A stretch of DNA of 64,000 nt from Bacteroidia bacterium (GTDB taxonomy: Bacteria > Bacteroidota > Bacteroidia > DATLTG01): positions 728 through 64,727 of the forward strand of contig JBDTAC010000041.1 in NCBI GenBank assembly GCA_039924845.1. Reading direction: 5' to 3'. The first letter of the stretch is position 1, and each line of letters opens with the position of its first letter. The translations under genes were made by a program, and so were the position numbers. Positions 16,672-26,883 of the stretch are shown piece by piece. A model generated the notes under the pieces. That model saw only the letters and a program-made list of their open reading frames with translations. It was not told where the DNA came from and made no database searches.

Positions 16672-17994
16672 TTAAATTTCTCGTTTGGAATCAAATTGCT
16701 CTAAATAATCAGCTACTCGGCGGATAAAACTTCCACCCAAAGAACCGTCTACTACTCGGTGATCGTAAGACATAGAAAGGAACATCAAATGACGAATTCC
16801 GATGGTATCGCCTTGCGGAGTTTCGATAACAGCTGGTTTTTTCTTGATGGCTCCTACCGCCATAATGGCAACTTGTGGTTGGTTGATAATCGGTGTTCCC
16901 ATAATATTTCCGAAAGATCCCACATTGGTAAGCGTAAACGTTCCTCCTTGAATTTCGTCCGGAACCAATTTGCTGTTGCGCGCTCTGGTCGCCAAATCAT
17001 TGACAGATTTAGTGAGACCTAACAGATTTTTTTGATCCGCATTTTTAATCACTGGAACAATTAAATTTCCAGAAGGCAAAGCTGCAGCCATACCAATATT
17101 AATATTTTTATGGATAATAATTTTGGATCCGTCCACGGATACATTAATCATCGGAAAATCTTTGATAGCACGAGCAATCGCTTCAATAAAAATAGGCGTG
17201 AAAGTAATTTTTTCTTTTTCGCGTTTTTCAAAACTATTCTTTACGCGATCGCGCCATCGCACAATACTCGTTACATCCACTTCCACGAAAGAAGTAACGT
17301 GTGGCGAAGTGTGTTTCGACATCACCATGTGATCCGCAATCAATTTACGCATTCGGTCCATCTCCATAATTTCATCATTCTCAGAAACCGAAATAGCTGG
17401 TTTTGCTGCGCTTCCGTTGCTGGAAATAGGAGTTGAAATTTCTGTTTTTTGATGTGTTGAAATGTGTTGTGTATTCCGATTTGGAATGTATTCTAAAATA
17501 TCAGTTTTGGTTACGCGACCTTCTTTTCCGGTGCCAGCAATACGTTCTAATTCCGCCAATGGAATTCCTTCTTGTTTCGCGATATTTTTTACCAATGGAG
17601 AATAAAAACGTTCTGATGAAGAAAAATTTTCCGTTGCAACGGAAACACTTGTCATGACTTGCTTATGTGCGTTTGCAGAACCATTGGATGAACCATTAGT
17701 AGAAACACTAACCGGCGCTGAAACCTTTGGCGCAGCAGTTGCAGCAGCTTCTTGTCCGCTGGCAATAATGGCAATTGCTTTTCCTACCTGCACCACATCG
17801 CCTTCTTTAAAAAGAATTTTAACTAAAGTGCCTTCAGCAGGCGAAGGAATCTCGGAATCTACTTTATCTGTTGCAATTTCCAACACTGTTTCGTCCATCG
17901 CAATTTTATCGCCTTCTTTCTTTAACCACTTGATAATAGTCGCTTCTGCAACGCTCTCGCCCATTTTAGGCATAATCATTTCTACCTGTGTCAT
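16672..17994 (-). CDS. 2-oxoacid dehydrogenase complex E2 (dihydrolipoyllysine-residue acyltransferase)
   Basis: It has a lipoyl domain (LEIATDKV), an E3-binding segment (SPLVKNIAKQEGIPL) and the catalytic motif DHRVVDG. Confidence 0.9.
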   Translation of the reverse strand: MTQVEMIMPKMGESVAEATIIKWLKKEGDKIAMDETVLEIATDKVDSEIPSPAEGTLVKILFKEGDVVQVGKAIAIIASGQEAAATAAPKVSAPVSVSTNGSSNGSANAHKQVMTSVSVATENFSSSERFYSPLVKNIAKQEGIPLAELERIAGTGKEGRVTKTDILEYIPNRNTQHISTHQKTEISTPISSNGSAAKPAISVSENDEIMEMDRMRKLIADHMVMSKHTSPHVTSFVEVDVTSIVRWRDRVKNSFEKREKEKITFTPIFIEAIARAIKDFPMINVSVDGSKIIIHKNINIGMAAALPSGNLIVPVIKNADQKNLLGLTKSVNDLATRARNSKLVPDEIQGGTFTLTNVGSFGNIMGTPIINQPQVAIMAVGAIKKKPAVIETPQGDTIGIRHLMFLSMSYDHRVVDGSLGGSFIRRVADYLEQFDSKREI

Positions 17995-18151
17995 TGTATT
18001 TTGCTGTCTGAAAAATTAATTTTTTGAATTGAAAATAATCCACAAAAATAAGGGATTATTTATGAAAAGCAAGACTTCTGAAATATAGATTTTAAGTATT
18101 CTTTTTCTATTGTTTTTTTGTTTGAAACAAATTTAACAAGCGATGAAGTGG

Positions 18152-19120
18152 TTATAAAAACAACGCGATGCTATCACGCCAAATCAATATAAGAACGCCT
18201 ATAATAGCGATAAAGGCTCCCAATGAAGATTTTACAGTTACTTTTTCTCTGTAAAATAAATAGCCTAAAGGCAATACTGCAACGGGAACTAAGGAAAAAA
18301 TTGTTTGCGCCACAGATGCTTTTATAAGCGAAACAGAATACATGGAAAGGCTGATACCTAAAAGGGATCCGAAGATAGTGCCGACAATAACAAATTTCAA
18401 TGCCTTGTTTTTATTGGTGATAACGGGGCGCATCACTTCTTTAATATCTCCACGAAAAAGACTGACCAGATAAGTGGCTACAGTAGCTACTAATACACGC
18501 ATCCAGGTTACTTGAACAGGCGAAAGCATGACTCCATTTATACCGTTATAATTAAATCCTTTTTTTGAAAGAACCAATCCAACACCTTGACAAATGGCGG
18601 CAATTACGCCCCAAAAAATTCCTTTTTCCACTTTACCATGACCGAGATTCGGAATTTTTGCTTTTTCTGCTTTGGTTGCGGTAAGCCACATAATACCTGC
18701 AACTGTAATCACCATGCCGATAATACCAATATAATTGAGCTTTTCTCCAATAATTAAATAACCAAAAAATAAAGCTGCACCTGGCGATAATGTCCCGAAA
18801 AGGCTGGCAATGCGTGTTCCGAGAATCGCGAAAGATAAAAAACTAAAATAATCGCCCAAAGCCAAACCAATAATTCCAGAAATTCCGAATAAATACCATT
18901 GTTGTGGCGCGGCATCTGTAAAAAGAGAAAGAAAATGAAACGAGTTAAAAATCAAGCACGTAATTGTCAATAAAACGGTTGCCAGCAATAAATGAAAATG
19001 ATTTAATACTTTCCCGCCCCATCTGCGAGCTGCTTCCGTAAAGGGAAAAATACCAATGCTCCACACAATGGTGGTTGCAAAAGCAAGTAAAATTCCTAAA
19101 TTTTCAGAGCTAATTTTCAA
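18152..19120 (-). CDS. DMT-superfamily (EamA-like) transporter
   Basis: It has about 10 TM helices in a two-fold EamA-like arrangement. The start codon is TTG. Confidence 0.65.
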   Translation of the reverse strand: MKISSENLGILLAFATTIVWSIGIFPFTEAARRWGGKVLNHFHLLLATVLLTITCLIFNSFHFLSLFTDAAPQQWYLFGISGIIGLALGDYFSFLSFAILGTRIASLFGTLSPGAALFFGYLIIGEKLNYIGIIGMVITVAGIMWLTATKAEKAKIPNLGHGKVEKGIFWGVIAAICQGVGLVLSKKGFNYNGINGVMLSPVQVTWMRVLVATVATYLVSLFRGDIKEVMRPVITNKNKALKFVIVGTIFGSLLGISLSMYSVSLIKASVAQTIFSLVPVAVLPLGYLFYREKVTVKSSLGAFIAIIGVLILIWRDSIALFL

Positions 19121-19123
19121 GTT

Positions 19124-19139
19124 GAAAAATTATTTTTTG
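19124..19139. repeat. A-tract/T-tract palindrome (GAAAAATTATTTTTTG), representative copy
   Basis: The central TTA is the yggS stop codon. The TTG start of the next gene lies 3 nt away. Confidence 0.9.
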
Positions 19140-19804
19140 AGAGCATTTCTATTTCCGAAAATAGCACTTCCAACACGTATCATTGTGCTGCCTTCTTCAA
19201 TGGCGATAAGATAATCCGAACTCATTCCCATACTCAATGTGTGTAAATTACAATTCGGATAATTCTTGTTTTTATGTGCGTCAAAAAATAATTTTAACGA
19301 TTGAAATTCTTTTGCAATTTGTGCTTTGTTGTTTGTGTTCGTCGCCATTCCCATCAATCCGATTATTTGAATATTTTGTAATGATTTTAACTCGTCCGAA
19401 AAAAATATTTTTTCAGCTTCTGCAAAATCCAACCCAAATTTCGTGTCTTCTTTTGCGATGTAAATTTGTAATAAACAATTGATAATCCGTTTGTTTTTTT
19501 GCGCTTGTTTATCGATTTCTTGAAGCAATGTTAAACTGTCCACTGCCTGTATCAAACTCACAAATGGTGCGATGTATTTTACTTTATTACTTTGTAAATG
19601 TCCGATTAAATGCCATTCAATATCCGAAGGAAGTTGCGTTTGTTTTTCGCACAATTCTTGCACTTTATTTTCACCGAAAATTTTCTGTCCAGCAGAATAT
19701 GCTTCTTTTATTTTTTCAACAGGATACGTTTTGCTTACCGCGATTAACGTAACGTGCAAAGGCAATTCCTTTTTTAATTGTTGAATATTTTCGGAAACGG
19801 ACAT
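19130..19804 (-). CDS. yggS: YggS-family pyridoxal-phosphate homeostasis protein
   Basis: Motifs AVSKT, FGENKVQE, HLIGHLQSNKVK and LSMGMSSDY match the family, as does the 224-aa length. Confidence 0.85.
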   Translation of the reverse strand: MSVSENIQQLKKELPLHVTLIAVSKTYPVEKIKEAYSAGQKIFGENKVQELCEKQTQLPSDIEWHLIGHLQSNKVKYIAPFVSLIQAVDSLTLLQEIDKQAQKNKRIINCLLQIYIAKEDTKFGLDFAEAEKIFFSDELKSLQNIQIIGLMGMATNTNNKAQIAKEFQSLKLFFDAHKNKNYPNCNLHTLSMGMSSDYLIAIEEGSTMIRVGSAIFGNRNALKK

Positions 19805-19809
19805 GGAAA

Positions 19810-21060
19810 TTATTTTTCACTCAAACTGTAAACCACCAAGCCACTGCGCATTTTCGGTTCTACCCAAGTTGATTTTGGTGGCATAATATTATTGGTATCC
19901 GCAATATTTTTGAGTTGCGTCATACTAACAGGGTACAAGCCAAATGCGACTTTCGCTTTGTCCGCATCCACTTGTTTTTTTAATTCTTCCATTCCTTTTA
20001 TGCCAGAAACAAAGGCGATGCGTTTGTCTGTGCGTAAATCTTGAATGTTTAAAATAGGAGCGAGGATGTGTTTGGTAAGTATAAATGCGTCTAAACTTTC
20101 CACTGGATTTTGGTCGTCAAAAAAATATTTTTTCAGCGTAAGCGAATACCATTCATTTTCTATATACATACTGAAATTGTGCAATTCAGAAGCTTTGTAA
20201 ATTTTTTCACCCTTTTTTTCAACGATGAAAAATTCATTTAAGTGTTCCAAAAAAATATTTTTTGGAAGCCCATTTAAATCTTTTACTACACGATTGAAAT
20301 CGTATATTTTTAATTGTGTTTCTGGAAAAAAAATTCCCAAATAAAAATTATAAGGTTCCTTTCCAGTGTGATTTTTATTTTTCTCTTTCCTTGATTTACC
20401 AAGCAATGCAGAAGAAGCTGAACGATGATGTCCGTCGGCAATATAAATGGCGGGCATTTTTGAAAAGTGTTCCAAAATAAGTTGAATATTTTCTGTCTTA
20501 TTGACAACCCACAATTGGTGGCGAACTTTGTCGGTAGTGGTAAAATCGTACATCGCGGAAACGCTTGTTATTTTTGCCGTTAGCGCATCAATTTGTTTGT
20601 CGTTGGGATAGCTAAATAAAACAGGTTCGGCATTAAAATCACATACTTCTAAATAATTTTTTAATTTTTCTTCACGATTAGTAAGTGTTTGTTCGTGCTT
20701 TTTTATCACTCCATTAAAATAATCTTCGATTGCTGAACAGCCAATGATTCCGGTATATTCTTGATTGTTTTTTATTTGTCGATAAATATAATAACACGGA
20801 GTTTCGTCTTTTACAAAAACTTTTTCTTGAACAAAATCAAGGAATTTATTTTTTACTTTTTGCAAACGTTCTGGAGAACCGGGGCGCGTTTTTTGTCCGT
20901 CGTAAAAATCAGGATTGATAATGTGCAAAAATGAATACGGATTTCCGAAAAGTTTATCTTTCAATTCTGCAGGCGTATAGCCGTCTACCGAACGAGATGC
21001 GACCAAATGGACTTTGTCTTTCGCCGGACGTATGCCTTTAAAGGGAATTACAATCGCCAT
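19810..21060 (-). CDS. DUF1015-family protein
   Basis: It has the IADGHHR motif and the typical length of about 415 aa. Confidence 0.7.
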   Translation of the reverse strand: MAIVIPFKGIRPAKDKVHLVASRSVDGYTPAELKDKLFGNPYSFLHIINPDFYDGQKTRPGSPERLQKVKNKFLDFVQEKVFVKDETPCYYIYRQIKNNQEYTGIIGCSAIEDYFNGVIKKHEQTLTNREEKLKNYLEVCDFNAEPVLFSYPNDKQIDALTAKITSVSAMYDFTTTDKVRHQLWVVNKTENIQLILEHFSKMPAIYIADGHHRSASSALLGKSRKEKNKNHTGKEPYNFYLGIFFPETQLKIYDFNRVVKDLNGLPKNIFLEHLNEFFIVEKKGEKIYKASELHNFSMYIENEWYSLTLKKYFFDDQNPVESLDAFILTKHILAPILNIQDLRTDKRIAFVSGIKGMEELKKQVDADKAKVAFGLYPVSMTQLKNIADTNNIMPPKSTWVEPKMRSGLVVYSLSEK

Positions 21061-21219
21061 TTTGGAATATTATTTTTCAGAATTTTATGTTGCAAAACTA
21101 AGAAAAATATTCAGCTATTTAGAAGGAATATAAAGTATGCTTTTTAACAAAAAATAAAATCCTAAAAATAAAAATATACTTATCTTGGTCGAAAAAAAAC
21201 ATAATTAATTGGTAAATTT

Positions 21220-21942
21220 ATGAGTATTATCAGTACAGAGACGGCACATTTCTCTTTTTTGAACAAACAAATAATTAAATGCGCTTTGCGTGATGAAGTA
21301 GAAATAGACGTAAAGGATATTAAGAAAAATATTGAAACACTTATTGAAATGACAGCGCATAAAAAACACGTTGTTTTAATGGATGCAGATATGAATTATA
21401 CTATCACAAAAAATGCTTGGGAATACGTTGCTACACTTGAGAGATATGAAAATATTGTTGCGTTTGCCATTATTGCCAGCAATCTTGCCAGCCGAATTAT
21501 ATGGAAATTTATTGCAAAAAAATTTGCTTCGTTTGCGCCAGTGCAAATTTTTTTAGATTCAGAAAGTGCAGTTACTTGGCTGAATGAATGTTTGGTAGAA
21601 GAGGCGAGTAGGGGGCTCGTCGAATCGGAATCGCAAAATTGTTTGCAAAAAAATAATTTTGTAGACATCGGAAAAATAATTCAAGAACAATTTCAGAAAT
21701 CAGAATTGACGGTTACTGAATTTGCGAAAAAAATTCATACGACGCGCGAAAATGTGTATAATATTTTCAGACGGAAATCAATGGATTGTGACTTATTACA
21801 GAAAATATCAAAAGTATTAAATCATAATTTTTTCGACTATTATCAAATAGCTAAGTCTGCTAAAATAAATAAAGTTGACATTCAATTACTCCAAAAAAAC
21901 AACCTTATTTTAGAAGAATTATTGGAACGATTTAGTCGTTAA
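21220..21942 (+). CDS. Hypothetical protein: N-terminal STAS-like(?) module fused to a helix-turn-helix-like C-terminal module
   Basis: The C-terminal segment of about 90 aa (ELTVTEFAKKIHTTRENVYNIFRRKSMDCDLLQKISKVLNHNFF) is paralogous to the next ORF. Confidence 0.5.
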   Translation: MSIISTETAHFSFLNKQIIKCALRDEVEIDVKDIKKNIETLIEMTAHKKHVVLMDADMNYTITKNAWEYVATLERYENIVAFAIIASNLASRIIWKFIAKKFASFAPVQIFLDSESAVTWLNECLVEEASRGLVESESQNCLQKNNFVDIGKIIQEQFQKSELTVTEFAKKIHTTRENVYNIFRRKSMDCDLLQKISKVLNHNFFDYYQIAKSAKINKVDIQLLQKNNLILEELLERFSR

Positions 21943-22122
21943 TAAAAAAATTGTCGTTCGTTCGCGTTAGCCGATTTCTCAAAAATTAGGACTCATCAAT
22001 AAAGAGTGCCTAAATATGTGGAGTTTTTTTTATACGCTTCCGTGAGAAAAAATTAATATTAGTAATACCAATTATTTGGAGGCTTGTTAAGATATTGTGC
22101 GGAATTTAATGATTGTAAAATA

Positions 22123-22530
22123 ATGAATGTTGAAAAAGTAAAAATAAACGAAGAGCAAGGTAATTGCCCAACGGATTGTTTGAAAGAGCACACCGTTAAC
22201 ATTGGTAAAATTGTGGAAGAACAATTCGAAAAATCTGGATTTTCGGTAACAGAGTTTGGAAAGAGAATTCATACAACGCGTGAAAACGTGTATAATATTT
22301 TCAGACGGAAATCAATGGATTCAGATTTATTACAAAAAATATCTGAAACATTAAATCATGATTTTTTTCAGTATTACAAAAAAGATATTTTAGAAAAGGA
22401 AGTAAAAGAAGAGGATAAAAACCTGATTCAGCAAAATAATAAACTTCTCTGCAGATTACTGAAAATGTTGAAGAATGAACATAAGGTAACGAAGCGCAAT
22501 TTATCCGGTAAAAGTCGTTCAAAAAAATAA
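22123..22530 (+). CDS. Hypothetical helix-turn-helix-like protein, paralogue of the C-terminus of 21220-21942
   Basis: It carries FSVTEFGKRIHTTRENVYNIFRRKSMDSDLLQKISETLNHDFF. The listed start at 22084 is TTG, and the first ATG is at 22123. Confidence 0.5.
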   Translation: MNVEKVKINEEQGNCPTDCLKEHTVNIGKIVEEQFEKSGFSVTEFGKRIHTTRENVYNIFRRKSMDSDLLQKISETLNHDFFQYYKKDILEKEVKEEDKNLIQQNNKLLCRLLKMLKNEHKVTKRNLSGKSRSKK

Positions 22531-22550
22531 TTTTTTGACACAGCAATTTC

Positions 22551-22766
22551 TTAGAAATAATTGAGGCGTTTTAACGTAACAAACAAAAAAAGTAGCGAAA
22601 AAACGACAATGATGGCTAAAATTATTTTGTAGATTCCTTTAAAATAATCTTTGTCATTTCCTTTGTCTTTGCGGTAAGCAAAACTTATTCCGATGACGAA
22701 AGCGATAAAAAAAACTATCGCGAAAATATGTTCTCCTTTACTAAACATACATTGTATTTTCTGCAA
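22551..22766 (-). CDS. Small two-helix membrane protein (hypothetical)
   Basis: This 71-aa ORF has two hydrophobic helices and no other support. Confidence 0.3.
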   Translation of the reverse strand: MQKIQCMFSKGEHIFAIVFFIAFVIGISFAYRKDKGNDKDYFKGIYKIILAIIVVFSLLFLFVTLKRLNYF

Positions 22767-22834
22767 ATATATGTTAAAATTTCGTGTACCTGTTTCGCAT
22801 TCTATTAACTTCGCAACGTTTACAGATTTATTTT

Positions 22835-24946
22835 ATGAGAAAAATTATTTTTCTTGGACTCTTTTTTCTTGTGATTACTCAAGCGGCTTTTGCCGGGAAA
22901 TTGCAAAAGGGATTTCAGGCTTTGCATATTTACGATTATTTTAAAGCGAAAAATTATTTTCAGAAAGCCTTAAAACGTGATTCTGCTGGAGCTTCTTATG
23001 GTTTGAGTATTATTTATTATCGTACCGATAATCCTTTCAGTAACGTGGATAGCGCGCATAAATACATTTCTATTTCTGCGAAAAAATATGCTATACTTCC
23101 TCCAAAAAAGAAAATCAATTTTGCTTTATTGCAGATCAATGATTCCGCCATTTCAGCTTTAACAGACAGTATTAACGCGCGTGCTTTTTTGATTTGTAAA
23201 AATAAAAATTCGATGGAGGCATACACGCATTTTTTGACAAATTTTACCAATGCAGCCGAATACGAAAATGCTGTTAAATTGAGGAATCGCTTGGCTTTTA
23301 ACATTGCTCAAATTTTAGATACCTACCAAGCGTATTCTGATTTTATGAAAAATTATCCTGATGCGGAAGAGTACAAAGACGCCGAATCGAAATACGAAAG
23401 TTCACTTTACAAAACGCTTACAAAGCCTTCCGATATTAAAAGTTACGAATCATTCATTTTAAAATATCCGAAAAGTCCGTACCGAGAGGATGCTGAAAAT
23501 GCTATTTTCGCTTTAGCTGTACCCAATGCTACGATTGAAGAATACCATCAGTTCGTCAAAAAATATCCGAATAATCACAACGTAGAAACCGCTTGGCACA
23601 ATATTTACACCATTTTTACGAGCGATTTTAATCCGCGTTCTATCGTTGATTTTCGCTTGGATTATCCCGATTATCCTTACAGAGAAAAAATTTATCAAGA
23701 TTTGGCTTTATCGCTCACGCATTTTTATCCTATCCGCGAAAACGGGAAATGGGGCTACGCCGATAGTTCTGGAAAAACGATGATTCCTTGTATTTATGAA
23801 TGGAATGCGAATTTTTCGGAAGGATATGCAGAGGTGGGAATGAATGAAAAAGCAGGGTTTATTAGTAAATCGGGAAAACTTGAAATTCCTTTTAAATACG
23901 ATGATGTAGAAGCTTTTAAAAAAGGATATTCTGTTGTTAAATTAGGCAATAAATACGGAATGATTTATAAAACTAAAAAAGAAATTATTCCGATTGTGTA
24001 TGATGAAGTATCTGATTTTTCAGAAGGTTTAGCGGTAGTGATGAAAAATGAAAAATACGGTTTCGTGAATGAGAAAGGAAGAGAAATTATTCCGTGCCGG
24101 TACCAAAATGCCGGCGATTTTTCGAATCACTTGGCTTTCGTGGAAACACAAAATAAATATGGTTTTATCAATCTGGAAGGAAAACAAATTATTCCTTTTA
24201 AATACGATTGGGTAGAAAAATTTTCGCAAGAAATAGCAAAAGTGGAATTGGCTGGAAAATATGGAATAATCAATACAAAAGGCGATACGATAGTTGCTTG
24301 TATCTATGATAAAATAGGTGATTTTTCAGAAGGCAAAGCGATGGTGGTGAAGGATGGAAAATATGGATTTATCAATAAAAAAGGAGAAATAATTATTCCG
24401 ATAGAATACGATTTTACATCGGATGCACTTTTGACGGAAGGCTTTAAAAATGGATTTGCCAAAATTATCAGTAATCAAAAAAAAGGCTTGATTGACAGCA
24501 CTGGAAAAATAATTTTGTCGCGTGATTTTGAAGATATTTCTTATTGTTCTCAAGGTTTAATAGCCGTTCAGAAGCATGACAAATGGGGTTATTTGAATCA
24601 GAAAATGAAATTAAAAATTCCTCTCCAATACGACAATGCGTATGATTTTTCAGACAGTTTAGCGCGCGTATCGAAAAAGAATTTAGTTGGATTTATTGAT
24701 ATGAATGGAAAAATAGTAATTCCTTTTAATTACGATGATGCGGGAGATTTTGTGAAAGGAATCGCACAAGTAAAACAAAACGGAAAAATTGGGTTTATAG
24801 ACAAGCAAAATAATTTTATTATTCCTTGTGAATTGGACAAAGTCGGCGATAATGTGGACGGGATTTTAGAAGTAGAAAAAATTAAAAAAATGGCGTACTT
24901 TAATTTAAAAACAAAACGTTACGTGTGGAAAGAAATTGGTTTTTGA
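22835..24946 (+). CDS. WG-repeat (KWG/Leptospira-type beta-repeat) protein with an N-terminal TPR-like region
   Basis: The ATG at 22835 gives the signal peptide MRKIIFLGLFFLVITQAAFA. It has about 12 repeats of the form GKWGY/F-I-N/D..GK.IIP..YD....FSEGLA. Confidence 0.8.
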   Translation: MRKIIFLGLFFLVITQAAFAGKLQKGFQALHIYDYFKAKNYFQKALKRDSAGASYGLSIIYYRTDNPFSNVDSAHKYISISAKKYAILPPKKKINFALLQINDSAISALTDSINARAFLICKNKNSMEAYTHFLTNFTNAAEYENAVKLRNRLAFNIAQILDTYQAYSDFMKNYPDAEEYKDAESKYESSLYKTLTKPSDIKSYESFILKYPKSPYREDAENAIFALAVPNATIEEYHQFVKKYPNNHNVETAWHNIYTIFTSDFNPRSIVDFRLDYPDYPYREKIYQDLALSLTHFYPIRENGKWGYADSSGKTMIPCIYEWNANFSEGYAEVGMNEKAGFISKSGKLEIPFKYDDVEAFKKGYSVVKLGNKYGMIYKTKKEIIPIVYDEVSDFSEGLAVVMKNEKYGFVNEKGREIIPCRYQNAGDFSNHLAFVETQNKYGFINLEGKQIIPFKYDWVEKFSQEIAKVELAGKYGIINTKGDTIVACIYDKIGDFSEGKAMVVKDGKYGFINKKGEIIIPIEYDFTSDALLTEGFKNGFAKIISNQKKGLIDSTGKIILSRDFEDISYCSQGLIAVQKHDKWGYLNQKMKLKIPLQYDNAYDFSDSLARVSKKNLVGFIDMNGKIVIPFNYDDAGDFVKGIAQVKQNGKIGFIDKQNNFIIPCELDKVGDNVDGILEVEKIKKMAYFNLKTKRYVWKEIGF

Positions 24947-25013
24947 AAAATGAAAAATACAATCGTTTGCTATTGTTTCGTAATTTTAACTTTGCTCATT
25001 CAAAAATAAAAGG

Positions 25014-25751
25014 ATGTACTTAGTTCAAAATTTTCATGATTTGTTTTCTTGGTCGGCGCTTGGAAGCCTCTTACTACTGTCAGTTTTAGAGATTGTTTTG
25101 GGCATTGACAATATTATTTTCATTTCCATTGTTGCTGGAAAATTACCAAAAAACAAACAAAAAAAAACACGTACTACAGGATTATTACTCGCTCTTTTGA
25201 TGCGTATTATCATGCTTTTCGCGATTACAACCTTGGCACAAATGAAATCTACTTTATTTAGTATTTCTGATTTTGACGTAACCGCTAGAGATTTGATTTT
25301 ATTTGGTGGCGGAATTTTTTTATTGATAAAAACGAGTTTAGAAATCCTTGATAAAATTAAAAGTGGAGGAGAGGAAGAGGCTCCAGAACCTTCTGTAACA
25401 CAAAATGTGTTACGTGCAGCCGTTTTGCAAATTGTGTTGATAGACATTGTGTTTTCCTTCGATTCGATATTAACTGCCGTTGGTTTGGTAACTAATTTAC
25501 TGATTATGATTTTGGCGGTGATTGTCGGAATGCTTATTATGATTGAATTTTCAGGCACAGTGAGTGATTTTATAAATAAAAATCCGACCATAAAAATGTT
25601 AGCCTTGGCTTTTTTATTGATGATTGGCGTGTTGTTGATTTCATCCGCTTTTCACCACGAAATACCAAAAGGATATATTTATTTGGCAATGGGATTTTCG
25701 CTTTTTGTAGAAACATTGAACATTCAAGTAAAGAAAAGGAGAAAGCATTGA
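25014..25751 (+). CDS. TerC-family integral membrane protein
   Basis: It has LEIVLGIDNIIFISI and a second DSILTAVG half-motif, with about 7 TM helices. Confidence 0.8.
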   Translation: MYLVQNFHDLFSWSALGSLLLLSVLEIVLGIDNIIFISIVAGKLPKNKQKKTRTTGLLLALLMRIIMLFAITTLAQMKSTLFSISDFDVTARDLILFGGGIFLLIKTSLEILDKIKSGGEEEAPEPSVTQNVLRAAVLQIVLIDIVFSFDSILTAVGLVTNLLIMILAVIVGMLIMIEFSGTVSDFINKNPTIKMLALAFLLMIGVLLISSAFHHEIPKGYIYLAMGFSLFVETLNIQVKKRRKH

Positions 25752-25796
25752 AAACTGTTTATTCCAAGTTTTCGTATATGCTTGTAAAATCACCTT

Positions 25797-25813
25797 CAAA
25801 AAATTAATTTTTC
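25797..25813. repeat. A-tract/T-tract palindrome (CAAAAAATTAATTTTTC), representative copy
   Basis: It ends 3 nt before the msrB ATG. Confidence 0.9.
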
Positions 25814-25816
25814 AAC

Positions 25817-26380
25817 ATGAAATTCAATATCAAAAAAACATTTTTTTTCAGCGGTTTAGTGGCTGTCTCCATTATCAGTTGCTATAACAAGCCGGATGCA
25901 TCAAAAAATAATAATTCAAAAAATAATTTTCCCATGAGCGATTCAGAACATCCGAATAATCCCTATTATTCGCGCACAGATACTACTAAATTGGATTTGC
26001 CAGATTCAGTTTGGGCAAAAGTGTTACCAGATAGTATTTACGAAGTGGCTCGTGATAAACAGACAGAGCGTGCTTTTACAGGAAAATATTGGAATTATAC
26101 TGGCATTGGAACATATTATTGCGCGGCTTGCGGAAATGAACTTTTCCGTTCGGATGCTAAGTTCGCCAGCTCTTGTGGTTGGCCCAGTTTTTTTGAAACG
26201 GTTCGTAAAAACAGTGTTATTTACAAATCAGATCATTCCTTCGGAATGGATAGAACAGAAGTTCTGTGTGGCAGATGTGGCGGACATCTCGGACATGAAT
26301 TTGATGACGGTCCGCCACCTACCGGAAAACGCTTTTGCATGAATTCCATCGTCTTGGATTTTGTACCTGATAAAAAATAA
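25817..26380 (+). CDS. msrB: Peptide-methionine (R)-S-oxide reductase MsrB with an N-terminal export signal
   Basis: It has two CxxC zinc motifs (CAACGNEL, CGRCGGHLGHEFDDGP) and the catalytic RFCMNS. Confidence 0.9.
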   Translation: MKFNIKKTFFFSGLVAVSIISCYNKPDASKNNNSKNNFPMSDSEHPNNPYYSRTDTTKLDLPDSVWAKVLPDSIYEVARDKQTERAFTGKYWNYTGIGTYYCAACGNELFRSDAKFASSCGWPSFFETVRKNSVIYKSDHSFGMDRTEVLCGRCGGHLGHEFDDGPPPTGKRFCMNSIVLDFVPDKK

Positions 26381-26685
26381 TTTTCCGAAGCATCTATTTT
26401 GCATTACATTCGTTCTGTCATTTTTAGCCCCCGATAAAAATGTCTTAATTTATAGTTCGAAAAATATTTTTTGATGGAAAATAAAACGACCAATTTGAAG
26501 TACTCGAAAAAATATTTTTTTATGTTCTGTTTCTTTTGTTTGTAAGACAAAATAAAGAAGAGTTCCGAAATTCCAATAAAGAAATAAATCATTATTTTAT
26601 TGAAACCAATCGGTAAGATACCGATTAATAAAAGCATAGCGAGACGCTACGCTTAACGTGGAATAGGTAATTAATGAATTGAATT

Positions 26686-26883
26686 ATGGTGGAATATTTA
26701 ATGATTTTAATTGGCTACGGAATTGTAATTTTTCTGTGCTATGTTTTTTCAAAAATGCTTTATTATTTAATTACGAAATTCGGTTTCAATGCAAATAATA
26801 AAATTGTTTTTAAATATCTCTTTTGGGGAATTACAATTATTATTTTAGTTGGTTACACAATTTTGGGAATTCTAAACTATTAG
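26686..26883 (+). CDS. Small two-helix membrane protein (hypothetical)
   Basis: This 65-aa ORF has an ATG start and is hydrophobic. No other support. Confidence 0.25.
   Translation: MVEYLMILIGYGIVIFLCYVFSKMLYYLITKFGFNANNKIVFKYLFWGITIIILVGYTILGILNY

Noticed and set aside
25034-25591. 185-aa minus-strand ORF.
   Set aside because: It lies entirely antisense to the well-supported TerC gene and has no motifs. Long shadow ORFs of this kind are typical in AT-rich sequence. The same reasoning applies to 17654-18019, 17110-17436, 10058-10387, 31340-31687, 49009-49434, 62567-62884 and 62930-63244.
26404-26637. 77-aa minus-strand ORF as a membrane protein gene.
   Set aside because: Much of its sequence is dictated by two A/T palindromes (KKYFF twice) and a hairpin. 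There is no independent support, so it is left unannotated.
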